The position numbers and the translations under genes were made by a program. A stretch of DNA of 64,000 nucleotides from Mantamonas sphyraenae STR306 (Eukaryota; Protista; CRuMs). How positions within the stretch are numbered: position 1 is the stretch's first letter; each line of letters begins with the position of its first letter. Shown here piece after piece: positions 23,574 through 33,457 of the stretch. The stretch lies in contig JAPMXV010000006.1 in assembly GCA_026936335.1 (NCBI GenBank), positions 310,001 through 374,000 on the forward strand, in the 5' to 3' direction. A model generated the notes under the pieces. It saw only the letters and a list, made by a program, of their open reading frames with translations. It was not told where the DNA came from and did no database searches.

Positions 23574-24165
23574 ATGTATTTGAATGCGGAGAACTTGAGG
23601 GAACTGGACCAACGCGAGGGGGGCGAGGTTGTGGAGCAGGAGACGGAAACCGACGAGGAACTCGACTCCATGCTTACGAATCTGCAGCTGCGATTCCAAG
23701 GTAGGTGTGCACAGTGGAGAGGGCGAGTGTGCGCACACGTCTGTGCCGTGGCTATCCGTTCAAAGGCACTGTGTGACGCTTCCGGGCGTGTAAACATGAG
23801 GGCCCAGAACAATTTGCGCCGCTGCCCGAACCCTCTCGTTCCGGACCGTCTGGACACTCACACACGTGCGCATATGGCTGATAGCGAGCGGCAGGAGTAT
23901 GCCCAATGGCAGGCGCAGGTCCACACGTGATATTCTGGCTTCTCCGCTCTCCGAGGTGCGTTGAGAAGAATGAGACGGCCGGGTTTTTTCCATTTTGCGT
24001 CCAGCAGCTTCGTGAAAAAACCCTTCTGCCGATAAAAAAAACGCATTGTGTGGGCGATTGGGATGTGGGGCCGCTCGCTAACACGTATCCACGGCCCACA
24101 ACACACAGGGAGAGAACTTCGACGATGACGAGTTGGAAAGATTTCGTCTGGACCGGCGACGCTGA
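23574..24165 (+). CDS. Small acidic 3-exon hypothetical protein (~84 aa)
   Basis: Introns GTAGGT...CTGATAG and GTGCGT...GCTAAC..CAG join three segments in frame: MYLNAENL...FQ/ASGRS...LSE/GENFDDDELERFRLDRRR*. Confidence 0.5.
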
Positions 24166-24524
24166 GCGACCTGGACTGCGGATTTGTCGTCTTCCGTTTT
24201 TCAAGGCTGTTGGTGCCACACTGCGGTTGAGTGTGGCCCCCAACTAGGAAGACCCATTGTGTATGGAATCGGTACGCACACACGAGTGGACGTGTGCAAC
24301 CATCCACGCATGCAGAAGCGAGAACAGTCAAAACCAGCAATGAACGTGACAAAAGGTGTGGAATCCAATCCGGGAGGAGCCTAGCCGATGTGGCACGTGT
24401 TGCAACCAAAAGGGGGATGGGGGAATGATGGGTTTGTGTTGTTGGGAAGAAGCAGGCATCTTGGCAATGGTTGCTTGTCGCTGCGGGAACGAAAGCAAGT
24501 CAAACGTGACATTGTTGGTCAAGA

Positions 24525-26027
24525 ATGACGGACACGTCGATTGCTTGGTCGGCGGTGCTGGACAGTGAAGACGATTTGGACGATGTGGATGACTTTTTCC
24601 GCGACTCGGACGACGAGAGCGGCGGCGGAGGTGAGGCGACGGATTTGGCGCGAAAACGAGGAGGACGTCAAGGCACAGACGGGCAAAGGAGACTGACGCC
24701 AAGCGCAAACACACAGACGTGTCGTTGCAAAGTATGCGTGCGGATGGATCGGGACTGAAATCCGTGGCTGTGAGCAGCATCAAGAAGCGCAAGGAGAGCG
24801 GAGCAACAGGCACCTTTCCCGAACCGCAACGGCTGGACTTTGGCGGCGGCAAGGGGGAGAGACAACACAGAGACGGAACAGGAGGAGACCGAAGACAGCG
24901 CAGTAGATATGTCTGTAGGCAGCACACCCAACAGAGGAGGGAACAGTGCACGCAAGCGCAAGCGGGGATCGTCGTTGGGCGGCCGTCAAGATCCCGGTGA
25001 CGACACGGAGCTGGACGACAGCGACCTGAGCTTCCTGGAGGAGGACCTGCCCCTGGGAGACGAGGAGGAGGAAGAGGAGGAGGATGACGATTATGCGGCA
25101 GCATCATCGTCTTCTTTGTCGTCCTCGTCTGGGCTGGACCGGAGCTACCTGTCGTTGAGTGGCGCATCGCCGGCGAGGTACGCCGGTCTGGATACGACGG
25201 TGATGTCTGTGGCAGGAGAAGCAGACACAAAGGAGTATCAACCGAAGCTTGTGCGGTTGGAGAACGACAAGGGGTCGAGCAGCCGAGGAGTGGCAGCACA
25301 GAGGCGATCGCGACGCAACCGCATCAAACCGCTGGAGTACTGGCGAGGAGCAAAGGTGGAGTACGAGCGTACCAGCAACGCTGAACTGCCCACATTGAAG
25401 GGTTACCGCGAGGCACCACCTGCAGAAGACGTGCCCGCACGACGCACAGGCAGCCAGGCAGCCAAGAAGAGGAGGAAGGAGAGCCCAAGCAAGACGAAAA
25501 AGACGAGGAAGGAGGACAGCAGCTCACAGGGAGGCGGCACAGATGGTGCAGGTGGCGCAGGTGGCGCACGAGGGAACTATGATTATTTCCGGGATGAGGA
25601 CCAGATGGGTGGCGTGGAGATGGTCTACGACACCGAGAATCGTGGGAAGCACAAGGGGGTGCTGGTTCACCACTTGGAAACAATGGCAGAGAAGCGGTTG
25701 CAGGGCACGCTGGCGCGTCAAGGAAGGCTGTCTATTGCGTTTCACGAAAGCGATTACTACACAGGGCTGCTGCGTCTGGACCCGCGCGGCAGCAAGCAGG
25801 CACACAGCGTGCAGAACACGTCGCGTGTGTACATGTGCATGTCTGGCGAGGGTCGCATCACCGTGGCGGGAGTGCCGATTCAGTTTGGGACTGGATCCCA
25901 GCTGCGCGTGCCGCCGCACACCAGCTACACCATGTTCAACACCTCGTTTGCTCAAGAGTTGGTGATGCACTTTGTCACTGTGGCAAACAACGACGACGAC
26001 GACGATGAGGATGAGGATGAAGAATGA
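24525..26027 (+). CDS. CENPC: Kinetochore protein CENP-C/Mif2 (5' exon structure uncertain)
   Basis: CENP-C motif RRSRRNRIKPLEYWRGAKVEY, C-terminal cupin domain, N-terminal DDVDDFF motif. Confidence 0.88.
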
Positions 26028-26057
26028 GTGCAAGGAAGAAAAAGGGGGGGGATTGGA

Positions 26058-26280
26058 ATGTCAGACACCTAGCGTGCTGAGCAGCGACCGCAGACCCGCG
26101 CTGGTTGCTAGTAGCGTCGGGAATACCGCATGCCCAACATAAAATGATGCTGGATCGAAACGCTACTGCGCTTTTTGTGTTTTTGGCAAACGCAGCAGGC
26201 TCTTTTCTCTTCGCTTGGGTATGATTCTGAACGGCTGGTAGGATGAAAACAGCCGCCCAGTGTATGACCAGCGGTGACAT
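26058..26280 (-). ncRNA. Candidate structured ncRNA (H/ACA-like)
   Basis: 11-bp stem with G-U pairs on the minus strand, followed 16 nt later by AGAGAA (H-box pattern); further hairpins; complementary ends ATGTCA/TGACAT. Confidence 0.4.
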
Positions 26281-26513
26281 GCATGGACCCGCCGCGGGGG
26301 AGGGGGCACATGGTGTGCGGAGGGGACAGGAGAAGGAGATGGTTGACACGCACCTATTCTGCAGTACTGTACCAGGCACATGAGAGGTCATCACTCACGG
26401 GACACAGCGTGAGAGGGGGTGGGTTCCTGGAATGCGCAAGGTAGCGTGTGTGTCAGCGGCAGGAGGGGAGGTGGAGACGGAAAGGACGTTCAGCGGGGCA
26501 GGCAGAGGCACCA

Positions 26514-26613
26514 TGGCTCAGAAACGAGGAATCGCACGACTCATCAAGCTGAATTCAGTAGATGATTATTGCAATATAAAAAGTTTGGGTGTTATCGATA
26601 ATCATCATCGCCA
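26514..26613 (-). ncRNA. Box C/D snoRNA, snR57-like (SSU rRNA Gm1572 guide)
   Basis: Terminal stem TGGC/GCCA; C ATGATGA, D' CTGA, C' TGATGA, D CTGA; D guide ATTCCTCGTTT is antisense to the conserved SSU sequence AACGAGGAAU. Confidence 0.85.
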
Positions 26614-26968
26614 GGGAGGTGCAGAATGGAAAGCGGACACTCTACAAATGTGGACACACATACCATCGATAAAAAGGCACACCATGGGGTGGAGGGATGC
26701 GCGTGTAGGAGGAGACACCAGGCAGTGTCGTTGAGGGAGGAGGGTGGTTGTGTTGAAAGAATGGCTCAGGGTTGGTGAGCAGATCACTGTGACAAACGCG
26801 GAATCGAATTCCAAGGGTCAGCGGGAACGCACACAGGAAGGGTGGACACACAAAGGAAAATAGTGGATTGCGTGCGGATGGATGCAGTGGATCCAACGTG
26901 CGAGGCACGCAACAGGTGACATGCAATCCACAGAGAGGGAGGGGAAGGGAGGGCAAGTGTGGTTGCCG

Positions 26969-27095
26969 GGGGATCAGACAGTCAGCCGCAAAGGCGTCGT
27001 TCACGACTCCCGCCCCCTCCTCGGTGAGTTTGACGCCGAGGATTAGCGAGGGTAGAAATGTATGACTCGGCCGACACGATATGCATCATGTCCCC
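26969..27095 (-). ncRNA. Candidate box C/D snoRNA (target unknown)
   Basis: Terminal stem GGGGA/TCCCC, variant C box ATGATGC, D box CTGA, internal hairpin CCTCGG/CCGAGG. Confidence 0.5.
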
Positions 27096-27430
27096 GTGCG
27101 TGTGCAGTGTGGCGGAGGCCGTTGGGGCCTTGCAAGGCGTGCCAAGAGGGCAAGCAAGCTGAAATGGCGCATGCAGACAAAGGGCTGTGGGCATGGGCCA
27201 TGGTGGATTGGTGGGCAGAAAGCAGGGAAGAGGGCAGGGAGCAGATGAGGGCAAGGCAACGAGGCAACAAGTGGAGGAGGGAACGGGCAGGGCCCAAGGG
27301 AAAGGGACACGCACAGGCATGGTCAACCCAAAAGAGAGGAAAGGTTTGGATGAGGCGGCGGCGAGGCGGAGACCAGACACCGCCACGGCTGAACCGAACA
27401 CAGTCCAGCGGAGGCCAACAGGGCGGGGGC

Positions 27431-29135
27431 ATGGAGGGGAGTGACAGTGAGAGCAACAGCAACACGCACGAGAACGTGCAGACACATAATTCGGGCAATG
27501 ACGGAGAGTCCGTCTCGGCACGATTTGGGCAGGCAGCCGAGTGGGCACCAAGGACACGTGGACGAGCAGCACCCAGCCTGGGAGGCAAGAGTGCAAGCAT
27601 GTCGTCCATCGACGCATCGAGCATGTCCGCGGCTTTGGACATGAGCGAGAACGGGGGCGGTTCGGAAAGAGGGGAAAACACAGGGGACACATCAACGGGG
27701 GGCGAGTCGTTGCGCAGCAGGGGACGCACAAGCTCGGGACAACCACCCACATTGGACCAGGTCATGCGTGCGCCTGCATCGGACAGCGATGACAGCCAGG
27801 AGGACGGTGAGGAGGGCAACGCGGGCGCGGAGTGCGAGGACGCAGGCGAAGGGGCAACATTGCACCGCCCAGGTTGGCACGCACACAGAGTGCAAACGCA
27901 TCGGTGATTGGCTCCGGATCGGCAAGCAACACAGACACCGCCTCGGCCACAGGTTCAACCCATGGATCGGGGGGAGCAAACAGAACCAGAGGAGGAGGAA
28001 ACAACGGGGACGACGACGAAGACGACGACGACGACGAGCTGCAACGGTTGCGTGAGCAGCAGGCGGCTCGCAGGCGCACACGAGGCGTGCAACAGAAGAT
28101 CTTTGAGGTACAGAAGCAGAAACGAGACGCAAGCAAGGCACCAGTGGCACAGGAGGAGGGCAAGGTGGAGGCAGAGGCGGGCAAGGGCAAGGAACAAGGG
28201 ACGAGTGGCGGTGGCGCGGGCGTGTCGCTGGAAGACGAGCTGAGCGAAATTGCCGCCATGTTGGAGAAGGAGGAGGAGAGCAAGAACAAGAGCCCACGCA
28301 TGGCACAAAAGGTGGTCACCGCGTTTGGAGACCCGTTTGTGGAGCAGATTTACAAGCGAGACCTGCGCAAGTGGCACCAGGGATTCAAATGGGGCATCCG
28401 CGAAAAGGCGGTGCGATACAATTTTATCCTGCGAACCAACTCGGCAGCAGCCAGCAAGCTGGCAGGCAAGTTTAGCATCGACCGTGTGGAGTTTCACAAC
28501 CGAGTGCAGGTGAGCAAGCGACCCGTGGACGACTCGGTGTTGAGCATGATGTACTTTGGCGACCAAACCGCTCAGCATGACACACACGACAGCATGTACC
28601 TTGTACGCGACCACACCATCCACCAACGCCACTATGGCTGTCCACAGATGATTGGCAGGGACATGCACTTTGCTGGTGGCGAGGAGGAGGCTCTCGAGTG
28701 GGCCACCCACCACGTCCTCCCGCTCCTCCTGGCCCAGCAGCTGGCCGAGGAGTTTAACAAGGCCATGTCGCGCCATGCCCAGCAAGAGTTGAACATGAAG
28801 CGCAAGTTGAAGGAGGAGGACGCAGGAAACAAACAGCAGGGAGAGCAGGAGAGGGAAGACCAACAGGAGCAGGGACAGGAACAGGACACAGAGGCCACAG
28901 GGTGTGCCACCACCACCACCACCACAACAACAACAACAACAACAACAACAACAGCGTCGTCATCGACAGATGGACAAGCGGACGAGGTGACGATCGACCG
29001 TGCGGACGATCTTCTGATCGAGTTTGACGACCTGGGTGTGTACAGATTCATCCACCCGCGAGGCCATACGTTCATGCTCACTGAAGCAGTGCACGAAACC
29101 CTGTTGCCAGACCTGTACCAGGCTGGGAGAAACGA

Positions 29136-29167
<32 letters not shown>

Positions 29168-29723
29168 CAGCAAGCGGAGACATCAAGGATGCAGTGAAGC
29201 AGGCACGTGCAAGCAAGGTGGATGGCCTCGAGTATGCACTGAGCATCGAGCGGCATCAGGACGAGGTGGATCGCCTGTTGGAGGCCTTTGCACACTTTTC
29301 CTTTGATTATTCGCAGGGCAAGCTGGTGGTGACGGGTGCAGACGCAGCTCTGTGCAGACACTACCTGTTGGGTATGCCTGGCACAAAGACCACCCATGAC
29401 AAGCTGCAGAGCCAACCATCGGCGTCGTCGCTGCTTAGTACGGATGACGGCGAGGACGACGACGCATCGGGCGTCACCGACGTCAAGGCCACCAAGTATG
29501 TGTTTGTGAAGCCACAGGTGCACGGCAGCATGTTGCATGCCTTTGACAACACTCTCTTTGCCCACGAGGGCCATTTTGCAAACATGGTGTCAGCCCTCGC
29601 CCTCGAGGATGGCCTCGCAAGTATGCAGACGACCCCGTGTTCCAGGACGTGGCCGCATGGTACCAAAACCACACGTGCAACGAACTGTGCCGTAAGCTGG
29701 GCCTTTCAAAGTGGGTCCAATGA
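27431..29723 (+). CDS. Alpha-kinase (eEF2K/MHCK fold) family protein, probably a pseudokinase; two apparent frameshifts (~27815, ~29570)
   Basis: LAQQLAEEFNK, EAFAHFSFDYSQGKLVV and PQVH motifs; the -1 frame supplies the Zn-binding end HTCNELCRKLGL, stop 29721-29723. Confidence 0.78.
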
Positions 29724-29764
29724 ATCAAGAAGTCGCTCTGTTCGTATTGTACATTTTGTTCGCC

Positions 29765-30604
29765 TCACGTCGTTCCATCCATCCACACCACATCCTTCAC
29801 CTCGTGGACATTGTCAAACTCGGATCCGTGCTCGTACTCGTCAAACTCGGCACTGTATGTCCAAAACGGCGTCTGGACGTCGTAGGGCATTGGCAACCCA
29901 GCCAGCTCCAGAATGCGCTGAAGCACCATGACCGTGAAGCCCCACACCACAGGAGACTCATTGTTGTAGCCACTGCGGCGGCTGTCGTCGCCGTAGGCCA
30001 CCAGAGTGAGGTCACCACGCTTGTACGGAGTCAGATCGACCTCGTTGCCCGTGTCCAGGAGTACGTCCTTGTTGATGGGCTGGCAGTGGTCCAGAGGGTA
30101 GTATGGGACACGAAACACACTGTTGGCAAACACAAGATCCTGTGTGGCCAGGCCTTGGGTGCTGGTGTACCGTCGGAGGGGCGAGAACAACACGTGCTCC
30201 ACTTCTGGCCCCAGCGTCATCGGCATCTGTTCAAGCATCTGTTGCACACTGTCAAACTCTCCCAAATAGCCTGCAAAGGGCCTGACCAGCACATGGTGCC
30301 GCGAAACAATGTCCTCGCAGTGTCCCAGCACATCGGCGTCCGCGAGACCGATTTCCTCCTGCATCTCGCGCACTGCACACTCCTTCAGCGTCTCGCCAGG
30401 GTCACACTTGCCACCTGGAAAGGCGTACAGGCCACCTTCGCTCAGTCCGGCCGCACGCAAGGTGAGCAGCACATGCAACTCGTCTTGAAGGAGCACAAAC
30501 GGCACCAGAACCGCTCCCGTTTGCACGTCCGTCCTCTCTGGCAGCTGTGGCGAGTGTTCACGTAGCCTTTTGCGCAGATGACTCAATCCCCGTCGTGAGA
30601 ACAT
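29765..30604 (-). CDS. Nudix hydrolase, CoA pyrophosphatase (NUDT7/8)-like
   Basis: AVLVP..VLLTLRA, FPGG..D, Nudix box AVREMQEEIG, VWGFT. Confidence 0.9.
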   Translation of the reverse strand: MFSRRGLSHLRKRLREHSPQLPERTDVQTGAVLVPFVLLQDELHVLLTLRAAGLSEGGLYAFPGGKCDPGETLKECAVREMQEEIGLADADVLGHCEDIVSRHHVLVRPFAGYLGEFDSVQQMLEQMPMTLGPEVEHVLFSPLRRYTSTQGLATQDLVFANSVFRVPYYPLDHCQPINKDVLLDTGNEVDLTPYKRGDLTLVAYGDDSRRSGYNNESPVVWGFTVMVLQRILELAGLPMPYDVQTPFWTYSAEFDEYEHGSEFDNVHEVKDVVWMDGTT

Positions 30605-30795
30605 GTGTCGATGGGATGATTGGAGTGGGTTGCGGTGCGCTGTGCCGAGCAGAGTCGGTTGCGCAGCGCGCTCTGGCCTTTGCATCGGACATTGCATGCC
30701 AACCGTGCGCTCAGATGCAAGACGATGCACCGTCGATGCACCCCGTGTGTCCTTCCCTGCCATCAATTGGAAACGAGCCAACAATCAAGGGTCAA

Positions 30796-33381
30796 TCAAG
30801 GGGAAAAGTTTTTCTTCATCGCGCCGATAAACCGCTCTGCATACTCGGCCGGTGGAACGACCGAGATGCCATGCTTGTCGTGCACAATGCCCTTGAGACC
30901 GTGTTCTGTCTTTTTGCGCACCCCATAGTCGATGAGCATGTCGATGATGCCCAGAAAGTAGATCTCTTCCCCGTCCTGGTGGCCAGTCACCTTGCCATTC
31001 GAGTCCTTGATTGCCACCTGTTGTCGAATGCCACCCCGATGCTTCTGGAACACTGTTTCCGTCCCGCTGATGTCCTTGCTCGTCTTGCCATGCAGCCGTC
31101 CGTACGACTCGACGACATCGTGCTCAACCACCACCTCTGTGCCTCCCACGTGGACCACTGTGGTCTCCTTGACCACGGTGTCATCGTCATCATCGTTTGC
31201 ATGATCGTCCTCGTCACCATCCCCATCCCCATCTCCGTCGCCGTCACCGTCTTCGGCATCGCTGCTGCTGTTGCTTGCGTTCTCCTTCTCCGTCTTGTCC
31301 GTCTCGACTGCCTCGACCGTGGTCTGTGCACAATGGTGCACCCCCACCAACAGGGAGTAGTCAACCACCTTTTGGGACGCCAGGAACTGTGCGTCTGCCT
31401 GCAACTGCTCCATGAGGGTGTCGTACATGGTGGAGCCGATGTGGAAGGGTTCGGTGATGTCCAAGTCCTTCAGGATGCTTCCCTGCTTCTTCACCTTTGT
31501 GGTACGTCCCACCGTGGAGCCCTTGAGGTCGTAGCGCTGATGGATGGAGCAGGTGGTGCAAAAGACGTTGCTCATGACAATGAAGCGCACCTTGTCGGTC
31601 TTGCTGAGGGTGATCTTAAACAGGCCAAAGAAGCGCGTGAGCAGACTGTTGTCGTACTTGAGCATGTGCTGGTAATATGCAGGCAGCATGTCGACGAAAA
31701 AGTCCTTCTCCCCCTTGGACACGGTCTTGATGAGGAAGCGGCCGTCGTGCGAAAAGAAAAACATGGAGCCGCTCTTGCCCTCGGAGCCAATGCTGGAGTA
31801 GGAACTCAGACGACCCAGAAAGAGGTTGCCCAGGATCTGTTCCGGCCCAATGCTCAGCATAAACTCGCTTTCCTGCACGCCAAAGTGTTTGCGCAGGGAT
31901 TGGAACACCGCCGGGCAGTAGGCGGTGAAGTTGTGATGCTTGGGAGTGGGCAGTGAGAACTCCTGTTTGCGCTCAATCTCCTTGAGCAATCCCACCTCCA
32001 CCTCATCCCCAATGCTGACCTCTTCAAAATCCAGCTCCGCTGCCAGTGCCTTTGCCGAATCGGATCGTTCACCACCACCACCACCACCACTGCTGCTGCT
32101 GCTGCTGTTCCCTCCACTGGCAGATGTGTTGGCAAGCGATGGAGACGATTCTGTGGAGGCAGAGGCGGAAGAGACGGAGGAGGACTCGCTGATGTCCAAA
32201 GAGTCACTCTCGCTGAGATCGGAACCCAGTGCTAGCCGCATGCCCAGGGACATACACAGGGCCAGATCCCATTCGGGAGAGCCAAAGGTGATGGTGCGTC
32301 CCGCTTTGAGGTTTTGCTTCTCCAACACGTCTTCGCTCAGGTGTGTGAGCACACCCAGCGCCTGGAACTTGCGGGCGTGCAAACGAGCGCCTTGTTTGTA
32401 CTCCTCCAAGGAGATGGAGTCGTTGCCATCGACGTCCAGAGCATCAAACAGGTCGTCTGTGGACAATTGGACGGGGTGGTTGCATGGAGGGTGAGTCCGT
32501 GCGGGCCAGAGAGGGGGACACAGCTTTGGTTTGAACGGGGTGGGATTGTTGCCAAAAGCGGCACTCACCGACGTATTTCTCCACGTTGTCCACGCCCACG
32601 AGGACGTGTGACAGGATGCTGTACATAGAGGTGACCACGCTGGTCATCTCTGCGCGCGAGATGGCGCCTGAACCATCGCTGTCGACCATGGCAAAGGCAA
32701 CTGCGGGTGGGTGATCACCGACGTGGCACAAAGGTGTGTGTGTGCGTGTGTGTGTGTGTGTGTGTGTGAGATATCAGCCTGTTGATGGTTGAACGGGCCA
32801 AGAGCAGGAAGGGAAGGAGGAACAGGGGGGAGGGGTCACTGTGTTACAAGACATCGCATGCACAGGCAGGGGGCCAGGCGGAGGAAGGCAGTGATTGCGG
32901 GAGGGTCGCCGCCGAATCGAACGCACAGTTGAGTTTCTCGTCTTCGGAACCCTTGGTCATGACCAGCATGCCGGTGAGGAACTCGTAAAAGTTGATGGTG
33001 CCATCTCCGTCTTTGTCGTAGGCTTCAAACAGACGGTCGGGTAGAGTGGAGTCATCCACACCCAGCAGACCCAAACAGGCCTGGAACTCGCTCTTGTCCA
33101 GATTGCCATCCCCGTTCTTGTCGATGCGCTTGAACACTTCCTTGGCACTCTCGAGGTCAGAGGTGCTGACTGTGGGTGGCCAAACGGGAGCGGCCAGGGT
33201 GGGGATGTGTGTGAGTGTGTGGGGAAGGGGAAGGAGCCGAAGCCGGGGGGTGGGGGGTGGCGGGGAAGCATGGTGGAGGTGTTCACCCTAGATTTGGATG
33301 CCTGTGAATGAACGTACACTCAAAGCGGGACAATGAGGACGACTCCTCCTCAGAGAGTTCGTAGCTGTGTTTGTTGCCCAT
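30796..33381 (-). CDS. N-myristoylated EF-hand (NCS-like) - phosphatidylinositol phosphate kinase (PIP5K) fusion, ~4 exons
   Basis: Start MGNKHS; 4 EF loops (DKNGDG, DKDGDG, DSDGSG, DVDGND); PIPK motifs GKSGS, LIKT, YDLKGS, DYSLLVG, GIID. Confidence 0.92.
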
Positions 33382-33457
33382 GGCAGAAGGGGGGGGGTGG
33401 GGGGATGGATTGGCGGCCGGGACGCTGTCGCGGCCAAAGTCACTCCCTCACGCCACC

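Noticed and set aside
26058-26135. U17/snR30 identity (GTATTCCCG, CAACCAG resemble m1/m2)
   Set aside because: Motifs are only ~10 nt apart and ~40 nt from ACA, which does not fit the snR30 3' hairpin.
26664-26690. U5 loop-like TGCCTTTTTAT on the minus strand
   Set aside because: Weak stem, wrong loop, and no Sm site followed by a 3' hairpin.
26863-26931. Hammerhead ribozyme
   Set aside because: Three-way junction present, but the CUGANGA and GAAA core is absent (CGGATGG/CCAA).
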